Origin: the human T2T-CHM13v2.0 reference genome, Homo sapiens
Assembly (NCBI RefSeq): GCF_009914755.1
Contig: NC_060942.1
Strand: one strand, 5' to 3'
DNA length: 64,000 nt
In this document: positions 14,836-31,266 of the stretch, piece after piece
How the letters are laid out: the number at the start of each line of letters is the position of its first letter
Numbering within the stretch: position 1 is the first letter of the stretch
Position numbers and translations under genes: made by a program
The notes under the pieces: model-generated
Told to the model about the DNA's origin: nothing
The model's input: the letters and a program-made list of their open reading frames with translations, nothing else
Database searches by the model: none

Positions 14836-15930
14836 TTATTCTTGGAAATTCTGACAATAGTACTCTACATGGAAAACTCAGTCTAATTATCCTGTATCAT
14901 GAGAACGATCCTAGCCTGCTGTGAAGCAATAATCTGAGCATGAAACCCAGCAGAGTTGATCATCATTGCTAGATGATTTTCTTTCTTATTAGAAATTCTA
15001 TCCCTAGATCACCGGGGAGGCCTCTACGACAAAATCTGTGAAAGTGACTCATAATTTTGTTTGATTTTGAAAATGGTCAAGTGAAATTTATAAGGAAACG
15101 CAAAGAAATTTAAAAATACAATCATGTTTACTTCCTTGATCTTTTAAATGTTTTATTATAATTTTCAAACTATATTGTTGACAACAAAACAAACTATGTC
15201 TTATATAGAGAGTTCTTATTAAACTGCTGTTTTTCTAAATAGTACACTCATTAATACAATATTAGGAGAGTGAAGAAATTCATAATAATAATTATCATTC
15301 ACTTCCACTCACGCACACCTTGAGAAGAGACATTTCCTTATTAGAATACTTTTTAAACTGTGTTATGGAATAGAGTCATTTCTGAAAAGTTTGCTGTTTT
15401 TCCTTTAAATGCTACCGTGCCAGGCCTGACGCCAACATATAACTATTTTCTACAGTTGATTTATATGCAAGTAAGAGTTAGGAGTCTTGAGCAAAAGATA
15501 CTAAATTTTCTCCTCATCTCCTTTTCAGTTTCTGATGGCCTTGAAATGTACTTCTGTATTAGCTAATCCAAATTCATTAAAAACATTCATTCTCACATAG
15601 AAAAAAAATAAATTCTGTGGGGAATAGAATTTACAATAAACTGTCTTTAAAATGTTTATTTATAAAATTCATAAGATGATGACCTAGTGCAATAAAATGC
15701 ACTGACAACTCAGGTTATCCCAGATGCGTCCTTTGTTTTATCTTTTCCTCGTGGTAGAAGATTGTATTTTTAAACTAAATATTAGAGCACATGAGCAGAT
15801 ATTGAATTTTTTTGGTATAATCTCAGTATGAGAGATGTGCTGGTAAGCATAATTTGGATGCAGAAATATTGATATCTCTATTATATTTATAGAATATATG
15901 GTTACAGAATAAATGCTATATAAATTTTTT

Positions 15931-16222
<292 letters not shown>

Positions 16223-17299
16223 AATTTTTGTATGAAGATTGTCCCAGAAAATTCGGGACATATTTATTGCCATTTCTGTTGTAGGTCATACAAATTTCAT
16301 GCTCATGTGGATATCCTTTATGTATACATTCTTTGTCCTTTTGAAATGTAGGTACTTGTTTTTTACAGAAAGTCGATACAATCAGTGGCTGATAGAGCAG
16401 TGCTGAAGATCATAAATTTTCAGTAGGTGCTAATATCCACGCATAATGTATTTCAAATGAAATATCTTTTTATATAACTTCAAGTCACATATATGACTAA
16501 ATTGTATATTTATATGGTTACCATATACAAATTACATATGTGATTAATATATGCATATACACATTTACATATAATTTAGTTTTAAAAGTAAAACAAAGAA
16601 TAAGTATTAGAAAGCTTCAGGTAGCTGATACTTTTCATACTTGTTTATTATATAATTTCATAAAATGCTCTCTATAGATTCAAAATACTAATTTGATTTG
16701 TGTTCAGTAGTCACCAAAACAGAATTACTGGAATAAATATTAGAGAATGATATCACTCAATTATGGCCAGCACATAGGGAAATCATTGTCATCAGCTGTT
16801 GGTCAAAGTGTAGATAAAGTACAACTTTTTTTCAAAAGCAATTTAGCAGTATGTATCAAGAGCTTTAAATGGATGCACTGCTTGTGGTTACTTCTTAAAA
16901 ATATATTCCAACAAAGCACATAGTTGGATTAGGCAGAGTGTTGTATCCAAGGTTGCTCAAAACAGTATTGCACTAATGAAAATGTGAAAAAGATTAGAAA
17001 ATATTTGAATGCCTGAATAAAGTATAATAGAGTAATTCAAGGAAATACTTTTGGCAATTTAAAGTATGAAGTAGATGCATATCACTGATATAAAAATGCT
17101 CATTCTAAATTTTAAGATAAAACGGTTGCAAAGAGTTGGCATAGCATGCTCCCATTTAAAAATATTATCATAGTATTATTAATACAGGAAGCGACAATTA
17201 TTTCTTTGTGATGGGGTTGGCTACAGAGGATGGTGAGAGTTAAGTGTAATGAGAAATACTCTAAACCTATATTAGACAATACATCTCTCCATCAATAAT

Positions 17300-19260
17300 G
17301 ATCAATCTCACTTTAAATTCACAGTTCCTCCCTCAAATAGTTTCTGCAATCTTATTTAAGTTCCCCAACTCACTCTCCCACTTTTCTATACTGCCTCTCT
17401 CTCATCAAACCTTCACTAGGTCCTTTTTCTTTTCCCCACACTCTGCTGATAACCTTCTTAATTCACTAGAAAATGTAAGCAATTGGAAAAGGGCTTCCAT
17501 CTGCTTCATCTTCCAAATCCACCCTCCTTACCTGCATCTGTACCCATATGCTCTGCCCTGCCTTGTATTTCTTTCTTTTCTTTTCTTTTCTTTTTTTTAA
17601 GACGGAGTTTTACTCTTGTTGCCCAGGCTGGAGTGCAATGGCACACAATCTTGGCTCACCTCAAGCTCCGCCTCCCGGGTTCAAGCACTTCTCCTGCCTC
17701 AGCCCCCTGAGTAGCTGGTATTTCAATGGATAAACTGTGTGTGCTGCTATCCAAGACCAGCCTCCTCCTGGGTCTACTTTGTAGTTGTCTTCTCTTTCTC
17801 ATCAATATCAATTTTTCCATCAGGATCTCAACCTGCAGTTTATTGATTGCACATCACCTCACAGCTACTGTTCCACTTCTCTGTCACTCTTGACTACAAA
17901 ACATCTTCAAATTGTCATCTATCTCATTGTCTCTTATTCTTATTTTCCTATATGCTCTGGAATTCCCCTCAATCAGGCTTTTATCACTATAGCTATTCTT
18001 GTCAAGGTCACCAGTGACTGTCCTCCTCCCTCATGGTCATTTTTCAGTCCTCCTCTTTCTCTCTTAGTCGTAGTTTATACCTAGATCATTTCTTCTCGAA
18101 CCACTTTCGTCGTTTGACCTCCAGTGCACCATTGTCTTTGAGTTCCTTCCTACTTCGCTGACTGCTCCTTTTCCGGCACTGTTACTGAATCCTCCTCATC
18201 TCCCTTCCCTTTAAATTTTGTAATTCTATTAGGATCAGTCCTCGTTTTTTCTTTCCTTCTCTGGCTATAATTACTCTTAGGTGATCTCACTCATATGATA
18301 TTTAATATATATTTCATTGTGTTTTTCACCTCAGCTTCTCACTGACCTCAGACTAACAAGTCTCACCCCCACCCTACCCTCACACCCACGCATTCCACAT
18401 CTTGTCCTCATGTGATCTTTCCCACCCCAATACACGTAAACTCCAACTAATCTGTTGCTTCAGCTAAAAAAAAAAAAAAACTGGAATCACATTTGGCCTG
18501 TCACTTTCTCTTACATCATCTCACATCTCTCACATCCTCTGAAATCTCACACCTTCTCTTACAGCTCAAATCCAGAAGGAAATCCTGTTGGCTCTGTCCT
18601 AACAATATTTCCATCATCTAACCTCTTCTCAACACCTTTGCCATCACCCAAGTCTGAGTGCCACCATCTCTCATGACATCTGGATTATTGTTCATCACAG
18701 AGATAATCATCACTGGTGGTTTTACTTCTACCTTTGCCACCTATAGTATTTCTGTAACATAGCACTCAGTTGGGTCCCTTTAAAACACACAGCAGCACAT
18801 CTCATTTCTCCAGTTCAATGTCTCTAATGGCTCTGTCTCTCTCAAGGTGAAAGACAAAACGCTTGAAATGGCCTATAAGGTTCTATGCAATCCAGCTTCT
18901 CTTACCTCACTGAATTCAGCTCTTCCTACTCACCGCCTGGCTCCCTCAACTCCACTTACCTTGAACTTCTTACTGTTCTTTAAACACATCAAGTAAATCT
19001 AAACCTCAGGGATTTTCCTCTTCTAGAACTCTCTCACCCAACTCATTCCATATAATTTATTTTCTCACTTCATTTTGGTCTCTGCTATAATTCATCTGAT
19101 TAGAAAGAGCTGCCTTTACCACACTATTTGAAATAGCCCTGCTCTCCTTCCATCACTGTCCTCCTTATCTCACCAAAACTTCAGAGCTTGTCATCACCTG
19201 ACATAGTTTATACTATTTATTTATTGTCTATTTTCAACTAGAATGAAAGCTACATGAGAG
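17300..19260 (+). mobile_element. Long L2 LINE fragment
   Basis: C/T-rich L2 motifs (gtcaaggtcaccagtgac, catctggattattg, tagaatgaaagctacatgag). Confidence 0.75.
17570..17718 (-). mobile_element. Partial Alu (right arm) inside L2
   Basis: poly(T) followed by gacggagttttactcttgttgcccaggctggagtgcaatgg. Confidence 0.9.
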
Positions 19261-19803
19261 CTTTGGCAGGTTTTGGTCATTGCTACATGTCCCATTTTGA
19301 AATTGTAAGCTGCTTCTCCACAACTGGGGCCAGATCACCTGGAGTTTGGCCTATGACTCAAACCAACAACTCCTTGCAGATAAGCTCAGCCAGAACCCAC
19401 CAACAGAACCTCTCAGCCAAAGGTGATCCTGGGCCTTGTCCTTTGCTGGCTGGGCCATCAACTTTCCCCCCTCGCCAAGGCTCGGGCCCATATCCTCTTC
19501 AGGGGGATGTCCTCTTTCCAATCCTCATACTCAGACCATGGGTATTAAAGTTTTTAAGTAAGTGTTTTTAAAAATTTACCTAGACTATTTATAGAAATGT
19601 GGTAGGTACTTAGTAACAATTTACAAACAAATTTGACTAATATTATTAGAACATTGGGAGAATCACATGCAAACACACAAACATAACAATTAAGCTATAA
19701 TAACTAAAGGTCTGGAAAATATCTAGAAGACAAACTGGGCAATAAATGTGAAGTTTCATAGGGTATTTTGAGTAGAGGGTCATGTTTAGAAGATCCTAGA
19801 TGT

Positions 19804-20068
19804 GGCCAGGCACAGTGGCTCACGCCTGTAATCCCAGTACTTCGGGAGGCCGAGGCAGGTGGGTCACCTGAGGTCAGGAACTCAAGAACAGCCTGGCCAA
19901 CATGGTGCAACCCTGTCTCTATTAGAAATACAAAAATTAGCCAGCCGTGGTGGCACACACCTGTAATCCCAGCTACTCAGGAGGCTGAGGCAGGAGAATC
20001 GCCTCAATCCGGGAGGTGGATGTTGGCCTGGGTGACAGAGTGAGACTCTATCTCAAAAAACAAAAAAA
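19804..20068 (+). mobile_element. AluSx-like SINE with right-arm deletion
   Basis: Alu lacking the gcagtgagccgagatc segment; TSD gaagatcctagatgt/gaagacccctagatgt. Confidence 0.93.
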
Positions 20069-20507
20069 GGAGAAGACCCCTAGATGTGCCACAGCTTTCC
20101 AATAACTAGAGTCTATAAATGCAAAGATACTTTTGGAAGAAAATCTAGAAACAGAGTCATAAATGTAACTTTAATGTGAAACAAGCAAACTTTGACATTT
20201 TGTGTACAACTCACTGTTGTCATTTTGGTAATATTTATGGTAGTTTTTGACCACAGAATCAACCTAGTACATTATGAAAAAGCTTTTAATAAGTACATTT
20301 TGCTTTGAGAAATCATACTTATGGATGAGTTTAGCTTTGAGCTATGATGAATGTGAAGGTTCTACGATCTGTGTTGTCAGATGACTGGCACTTTCATTTG
20401 GGCGAAAAGTACAAACTTTAAAAAATTCAAACAACTGTTGCTTGAATCGGCACATCAGTTTGAAGTGCCCAAATCACTTGCAGTAATATGTAAAGAATGC
20501 CAACTTA

Positions 20508-20810
<303 letters not shown>

Positions 20811-21154
20811 TTAAATATGAAACTAGAGTTGTTAAGAAGATATGATTAAGTGGAAATTTATTGTCATCATCACAAGCTAAAATACATGTGAGATGGTAAA
20901 ATAGAGAAGGTTTGTGCATCATCTACGACATCTGAGTTTTAATTGTACACATTGGCAACTAGGAAACTATGTTCTAATTTGTATGGAAAGGCTTTATTTT
21001 TAGTTTTATTATTTTATTTTCTTGCTCATTAATGTTTCAGAAGAAAATCTGGAAAATCTGTGGGTGGTTTCATTTGAATTAAAATCCCATATTCTTGATT
21101 ATTAAGATAGACCACCTTCTTTTTTATTCTTTGAAACTTTATCCTGATGCCTTT

Positions 21155-21511
21155 TGTGTTAGTCTGTTGTCACACTGCTAATAAAGACATACTGAGACTG
21201 GGTAATTTATAAAGGAAGAGGGTTAACTGACCCACAGTTCCTCATGGCTGGGGACGCCTCACAATCATGGCAGAAGGTGGAACTTGTCTTGCATGGTGGC
21301 AGGCAAAGAGAAAAAGAGAGCATGTGCAGGAGAACTCCCTTTATAAAACCATGAGATCCTGTAAGACTTATTCACTTTCACAAGAAAAGCATGGGAAAGA
21401 CCTGCCCCCATGATTCAGTTATCACGCACTGGGTGCCTCCATGACACTTGGGAATTATGGGAGCTACAATTCAAGATGAGATTTGGGTGGGGACACAGCA
21501 AAACCATATCA
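21155..21511 (-). mobile_element. THE1 (THE1B-like) MaLR solo LTR
   Basis: Complete LTR tgtgttagtc...aaaccatatca with 5-bp TSD ccttt. Confidence 0.92.
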
Positions 21512-21999
21512 CCTTTTTAAGTAAATTCCTGGTGAAACTACTAATGATTATTCTTGAGGGGACATCAGAACTGTGTTCAGTTAATTGCTGAGAATCAACT
21601 AGGTCTGTGATCTTCTGCAACTTATTTATGGTTAGTGAAATTAAGTTACTATACGTGCAAAACATATATGATACAACTGTTGGAGCGTTGTTTTTCACAT
21701 GCTAAGTGAGATCATGTTAGTAACAATTAAATGAAATTATTTTGCTTGAGTTTACAGTGATACAGTACATAAATTATAGTAAGTTTTAAATAAAAGGGTT
21801 AATTCATTTTCCTCAACATCTCTTATGAAACTAAAGAGTCTAAGGCTTATCTGATACTTAATTTTTGTCCTGATGAGTTTCAATAATTTTGTTCCTTCTT
21901 GTGCTTTTATTTTAAATTAAGAATCTACAAATTGAGTCCCCATTTAAGATGGAACTTGTTTTGCCATTTCCAACTTACTATGAAATGTTTATAAAAATC

Positions 22000-23620
22000 A
22001 CAAGAGTTCCAAGGAAACTTTTATTTTTACAATGATGGAATAAGTGGTGTTGGATTAGCCCTCTTGCCATAATTTAAAGAAAAAAAAACAGGCAAGTTGT
22101 ATGAGGTACTAGTTTACAGGCTTTGGACAATAGGCAAAGCAAGACTGTTATACGTTATTAAAGAGAAACTCACCAAGTGAATCCCAGGGTCAGTGTATAG
22201 CTCTCTGTGTGGGCAATTTCTTGACTCTAGTATAAGGAGCTAGAGCTGAAACAGAATGCTCTCTCTGAGCTTCTAGAAATCAGATTGCAGGGTTTCTGAA
22301 GCAGCTGGAATCTACAAGATAGGATTCCAGAGAAGAGGAATCTGCACAGAGGAGAGGATGCAGAAGGCTTTGTGTGTATTAACCTGTCAGTCATGAGTTC
22401 TATCTGAAAGCTGGGCAGTGTGTATTCAGAGACTATGAGAGGCACACCAGAGAATGATTACTAAAGGGGTAGATGGGAGTAGAGATGCTAGAAGGTAAGT
22501 AGTGCTGAGAGATGATAAAGTTTGAACCAGCCAGAGTGAAATGACTTTGTTAACTCCTGCAGACATCAGACTGTGACAATAGAAAGGTCACTCTTAAAAT
22601 AAAAAAATCAAATTGTGAAAAAATGGAGAGAGAATTTGGAAGGTGAGTTTTAGTAAGTGAGACTGGCTGGGAAAATACTTTGGGCTTTCCACAGATTTGT
22701 CCTAATGAGACCTAAACACAAGCATACAGAAATTTAAAGTAATCACCTAGTAAATAAATGCCTGTTGGAACTAAAATCAAAACCCATCAGAGAAAGTTAA
22801 CACGATTCAGACTGTCTATACCATATCTTCCATAATGTTCAGTATGTAATCAATACCTGTTACAAATGCAAATAAAAAGAAATATTTGACCTGAGTCAAG
22901 GAAAAACGCCATTCATGGAAACTGAATCCAAGATGGCCAGTATACGTATGTTGAAAGATTTCAAGGAAAAAATATGGTTATAATGAGAGAATAAAGTAAA
23001 TCTCAGCAGAGAAACAAACACCATGCAAATGAAAAATCTGGACTAAAAATGTAATAACAAATTTAAAACTCACTGCACATAGTTATCAGTGTATTCAAGA
23101 TGGCGGAAGAAAAGAACAGAGAACTTGAAAAGACATCAGTAGGAAGTGTCCTATCTGAAGAATGGAAAAAAAAATGACAAGTGAAGAGACCCTCAAGTAC
23201 CTTTGCAGAAAACTGTAGGAAAATATCACTTGATCTAACATTAGTGTAATTGTGGTTCCAAAAAGATAAGAGAGTTGAGAATGACACAAAAATAAAAATG
23301 AAGGGGGATGTATGGCCAAAAATTTTACCAGTTTGATTGAAAATATTAATATAGACATATAAAAGCTAAGCAAACCTCAAGAAGGAAAATACCAAACAAA
23401 AGTAAATCATTCTACAAAATAGACACAGACACTTGTATGTTCCTTGCAGTACTATTCACAATAGCAAAGTCACGGAATCAACCTAAATGCCCATCAATGG
23501 CAGGTTGGATAAAGAAAATGTGGTAGATATACACCATGGGATCCTACACAGCCATAAAAAAGAATAAAATCACATCCTTTGGAGCAATGTGGATGCAGCT
23601 GGAGGCCACTATCCTAAGTA
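22000..23620 (+). mobile_element. Old L1M 5'/ORF1 remnant plus an L1P ORF2-end fragment
   Basis: A-rich ORF1-like stretch at 22990-23400; 23400-23620 has L1 ORF2 C-terminal motifs (tattcacaatagcaaag...caacctaaatgcccatcaa...ggataaagaaaatgtgg). Confidence 0.6.
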
Positions 23621-23796
23621 AATTATATTAGTTTGCATTTCAAGAATGGAATACCTGAGGCTAGGTAATTTATTAAAAAAAAGGTTTATTTGACTCACAA
23701 AGACATTTCTATATGGTGAAATGAATCAGACCATTGATTGCTGGGGCTAAGGGTGGGGTACACACAGAATTTTTCTGAGGTGATGAAAATGTTTCA

Positions 23797-23925
23797 GCCA
23801 GGTGCTGGTGGCTCACACCTGTAATCCCAACAATTTGTGAGACTGAGGCAGGAGGCTCGCTTGAGGCCAGGAGTTTGAGACCAGCCTGGGCAACACAGCA
23901 AGACCCTGTTTCTATAATAGAAATT
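23797..23925 (+). mobile_element. FLAM/Alu left monomer
   Basis: gccaggtgctggtggctcacacctgtaatccc...gagaccagcctgggcaac. Confidence 0.85.
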
Positions 23926-24312
23926 AAAATATATATACATACATATTTATATATATGTATGTGTATGTGTGTGTGTGTCTGTGTATATATATATATATAT
24001 TTTTTTTCTTTGAGACTGGGTCTTGTTAAGTTGTGAACAGAACTAGAAGATTTTTGCATGCAACATTAGTTTTACTTGAAAGAATGACTGACAAATTGCT
24101 TGAGGCCAGGAGTTTGAGACCAGCCTGGGCAACACAGCAAGACCCTGTCTCTATAATAGAAATTTAAAAAAATATATATATATGTGTGTGTGTGTGTATG
24201 TGTGTGTGTGTGTGTGTGTTTTTCTTCAAGACCGGGTCTTATTAAGTTGTGAACAGAGCTAGAAGATTTTTGTATGCAACTTTAGTTTTACTTGAAAGAA
24301 TGACTGACAATT
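23859..24312 (+). repeat. Tandem duplication, copies 23859-24097 and 24098-24312
   Basis: Both copies run from gcttgaggccaggagtttgagacc through a TA/TG microsatellite to ttttacttgaaagaatgactgacaa. Confidence 0.95.
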
Positions 24313-24810
24313 TAGGGTTATTTAGTTTTGAGTATTTGGCAGACATTTTATTGTAAATGAACAGAGTGAGTCTGCAACTGAAGGAAAATAACGGTAACCA
24401 AATTGAAGTTTTGAGCAAAGACTAAAATTTTTGTAAAGTTTTATCTGCCATCTTTAGCTTGACCACTTCCTAATACTTAAAGGTTTTTTTTTCTAATGAC
24501 AACAGTGGTGATATTAATGAAAGTGATTTTTTATATTATGTAATAAAGTGCATTAACATTTGCAGATCTGCATAGCTCAGTAAACCAATAGTTTCTAAAT
24601 GACTAATGCATGTTAAAAAGTCAAACATGCGTAAGATCCATTCAAGGCACATGATAGACCGGTGGATTTTTATATAACTATGAAAAATTCATTCATATGG
24701 TTTCAGATTGAACATTGCAAATAACCTTAAAATAAGTTTATCATTTGTCAAGTTTTGAGCAGTATCAAAGAAAACTATTCACAGTTATCTAAATGGGGTT
24801 ATTAAATACT
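24245..24810 (+). mobile_element. Charlie1 hAT DNA transposon, left part
   Basis: Charlie1 transposase-type motifs (gtatttggcagacatttt, gatctgcatagctcagtaaaccaata, agatccattcaag, agtatcaaagaaaactattcacagttatct). Confidence 0.8.
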
Positions 24811-25400
24811 GCTATCAGCCATCATCACCATCTGCTGGCTCATTGGCATCAAAGACTTGTATGCCAAGGTCTTTGGGTCCATCAGTATGCCCAACCTCAC
24901 CTGGGGCCTCTTTCGTGGGCTCTCCAGCCGGGAAATCCATCAACAGCTGGCTGATAAAAAGGGCCTCTACATTGTGGCCCTCTGCCTGGAGTGGTTGCCT
25001 ACCCCTGGGGGCCCTTGAGAAATGATCCAGAGCTGGATGATTAGGTTCCAGACATCAATCTGGACTAGGAAGAAGTGAAGGCTGTGCAGCGAATGAAGTG
25101 CTCTGTATGGTCCAGTTTAAAGAGAGTTGCCAGGTAACCTCTCTGACCTTGTGCAGCCAGTGCCTGGTGCTACCCAACACCTAGGAGAAATTCAGATCCC
25201 TCACATCTTGGGGTGTTACCTTGTTTTCTGTTTGTTCGAGGAAACTTTAACCTTTAAACTGTTTAGAAATAAATAATTATAGCTTTCGTTTATTGAGCAC
25301 ATGGTATATGCCAATCAATGTGATAGGATCTTTACGTACATTTTTTCAGTTCAAGACTACTTTAAATATTCATCCGAACTAGCAAAAGTAAATGAATTAG
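24811..25400 (+). pseudogene. MRPS5: Processed pseudogene of mitochondrial ribosomal protein S5, 5'-truncated, C-terminal part plus 3'UTR
   Basis: Translates [53 protein letters not shown], frameshift, then [52 protein letters not shown] (stop 25135-25137); matches the recalled MRPS5 C-terminus; no introns; AATAAA at 25268. Confidence 0.93.
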
Positions 25401-25790
25401 TGAGACGGTGCTAATAATCTGACCCAATTCATAATAATATGCACAATGATAATTGCTATAATTATAGTGAATATATATTAACTCAGTCTTCCAAAGTCAA
25501 TACGATTAGTCTCATTTTACAGAGCAGGTAAAGAATTTGACTACCTTGAGGAAGTGACAAACTGTTTTCCACAGTGGAAACAGGAGCTTGAAGGCTACAA
25601 ATGGGAATGTTAAATGGTGTATTAATTGTACACCATGGTAATTTTGACTTGTACTTTCCTGACGGCTAATGATGTTGAGCATTTTCTCATGTGCTTATTG
25701 GCCATTTGTATGCTTTTGGAGAAATGTCTACTCAGTGCCTTTGTCCATTTAATAAGTTATTTTTGTTATTGAGTTCCTTATATTTTCTTT

Positions 25791-28799
<3,009 letters not shown>

Positions 28800-28849
28800 C
28801 AGATACATGATTTACAAAATTTTTTTATTCATTCTATGGGATACATTTT

Positions 28850-29270
28850 TTAAAATTTCTTTGAATACTTTTTCTGCCCCGTCCACATCCTCTTTGGGGG
28901 ACACTGAATGAGACAAATGTTAAATCTTTTATTATAGCTCCACGAGTACCTGAGGTGGCTCTGTTTTTTTTTTTCCCGTCTGTTTTCTCTCTGTTGCTCA
29001 GTTTGGGTAATTCCTATTGTTTTATTTTCAGGATAACTGGTGATTTCCCCTTTCCTTTCCAGTCTCCTCTTGAACCATTCACGCAACATTTTAATTTTGG
29101 CTATTGTATACTTCAGTTAAAATTTCCATTTGACTGTTTTTTATATCTCCTGTTTCTTTACCAAGGTTTTCTATTTGTTGAGACTTTCTTTCTTTTTTTT
29201 TTATGGCTTCAAGAGTGCTTATAATTGCTTGCTGAAGCATTTTTATGGTAGCTGCTTTAAAATCCTTGTT
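28850..29270 (-). mobile_element. Old L1M ORF1-like fragment
   Basis: T-rich antisense ORF1-like sequence (ORF 28850-29089: ITQTEQQRENR...YNKRFNICLI). Confidence 0.55.
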
Positions 29271-29272
29271 GT

Positions 29273-29430
29273 AGGGTGGGCATGGTGGCTCATGTCTGTA
29301 ATCTCAGCACTTTGCAAGGTGGAGGCAGGAGAATTGCTTGAGCCTGGGAATTTGAGACCAGCCTCAGCAACAAAGTGAGACCTCACCTCTACAAAAAATA
29401 AATTCTAAAATTGAAATAAATAAATAAATA
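29273..29430 (+). mobile_element. FLAM/Alu monomer with A-rich tail
   Basis: gggtgggcatggtggctcatgtctgtaatctcagc...gagaccagcctcagcaac. Confidence 0.85.
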
Positions 29431-29826
29431 CTCCTATCTGTTCTAACTATATATTTGCATGAAACCACATTATTTTCATGTTGTAACAGATTGATTGCAA
29501 AATTAAATATAGAACCCAGATATCTTTTCCAAAGCTAGACATTAAATATGTTTGCAAAATTATGAAGCAATGACATTCTTCTCACTATTTTAAGTATTTT
29601 TTCAATAACAATGTTATTTGTATAATATGGATGTTATGCAATGTAACATGGGCATGTAATGAAAGTATTATTTTAAATGACAATTATTTTAAGAATTCCT
29701 CAGTATTAATTTCTATTAAGTATACATATATAAAAATAAAACTCACATAGATAAAAGGTCTTTGGGCTCTTTAACATTTTTGAGCTTTTAAGGTGTTAAT
29801 GAGACAGAAACTTTTGTGAACTGCTA
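29425..29826 (+). mobile_element. Charlie1 hAT DNA transposon, right part (continues 24245-24810)
   Basis: Resumes at aaatactcct...aacagattga...agacattaaa...tttgcaaaa...tcttctcacta and ends near gtgaactgcta. Confidence 0.7.
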
Positions 29827-29849
29827 GTAAATGAATTCTTGGAATTGAT

Positions 29850-31195
29850 ACCATTTATTATGACTGAATGCCGAACTCAAAATTTATATCCAAGCTCAAA
29901 ACAATCTGTGGAAGTCTATGTGAATGTTTTCATGACACATAATAAAAATATCAAGTTTTCAGAGAAGATAAAAAAATACAATGACAGTGCTCAGGAATGG
30001 AATAAATGTGGCATAGATAGCAAGAAAAGTGATTTAAAAACACCACCTCTGTTTAAATCAAGTGAGTAGGTACACATTAAAATGATAATAAATGGTAAGC
30101 TTCATCTGTTACACTATTAAAAAAATGTTGACTGTATAGCACTGCAAACTTTAGTCAATGAGAAAAGGCAATAAAACATAAATTTTATTTCATTTTTCTT
30201 TTACAAATGAAAAGGTGTTAAGAACTGAAGTTTTCAACTTTTCATACCTTAATACTCTTTGGCAGTTACTCTTGCACTTTAATTGGCAAATGAACAATAC
30301 TAAGATTTATTAACCTCAAATTCTTAAAGAGTTTTGGTTTAGAAGGATGAAGCTAGATACATTTCTGCATTTTAAAATGCAAACCTCAATTTTTTTTAAT
30401 TAGGCTTGAACTATTTCAAAGGAAAAGGGGGTAAAAAAAGATATTGAAAAATAGTTTTTGGTTTCCTCTGGTTTTTCTTTTTCTTTCTTTTTTAAAAATA
30501 TGTTTACAATAATTCAATTTTGCAGTGAAAATGCCGATGGCTATGGACAGAGTGGCTCAGTATTGACCTTTTCTAAGTTATTATCTATATTTCTTACAAT
30601 TATCTGAACAGAAAGACTCTAACCTTCTTTGGACATGCACTTCAGCCAGTATAATCCTCAGTACAGCAGTAACACAGGCTGTCCTTTGAATACGGAGCAG
30701 TTGACTTTGTTGCAGATCACTTATTTCCCTTCTGGATCAAGAGCACTATGGTACCTTGGACACTTCACAGTGTAGTTCTTCACAAAGCACGACTGGCGTA
30801 TGGACTCGTCCTTGACTGTCACTTGCTGTTTCCCAGCCATAACAGAGCCACTATTAAAGCTGCAGCAGTGTTTCCCACACTAGACTTGGTATTTTGCCTG
30901 GATATACTAATCTGCCTGCATATCACCATATCACACTTTGCAGCCAGTCCTATGGGGTTTCTCATGGCCACAATATACTTTACCATTCCATACATTTTCA
31001 CTATTTCAGAATAAATAACAATGAAGATTTCCTAGAAGTTGTTATAAATGAAACAAACTTGGTGCCACAATTTGTTATGCCCCACCGCCTCAGCATGGAT
31101 TACAACATGGCCTTTCTTTACACTCTCTTTTTGGCAAATTCAGGGCTACTGACTTATTCTGAGATTTGTGAATTTATTCTCCTTGTCCTCACTGC
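29850..31195 (-). pseudogene. TES: Highly decayed processed pseudogene of testin (LIM1-LIM3 region 30581-31195 plus 3'UTR-like sequence)
   Basis: Minus-strand translation: ESVKKGHVVIHAEAVGHNKLWHQVCF / WNGKVYCGHEKP..GC / YIQAKYQV*CGKHCCSF..SVMAG..VTVKD..IRQSCFVKNYTVKCPRYHSALDPEG / FCSDNCKK. Colinear with recalled TES [26 protein letters not shown]...KLYCG...[32 protein letters not shown]...FCSVECKK. Confidence 0.85.
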
Positions 31196-31199
31196 AGTG

Positions 31200-31235
<36 letters not shown>

Positions 31236-31266
31236 CTACATGAAAAGTTCAGAAACTTATTCCAAG

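Noticed and set aside
30748-31232. Plus-strand ORFs of 88 and 112 aa
   Set aside because: Antisense to the TES pseudogene; no independent coding evidence
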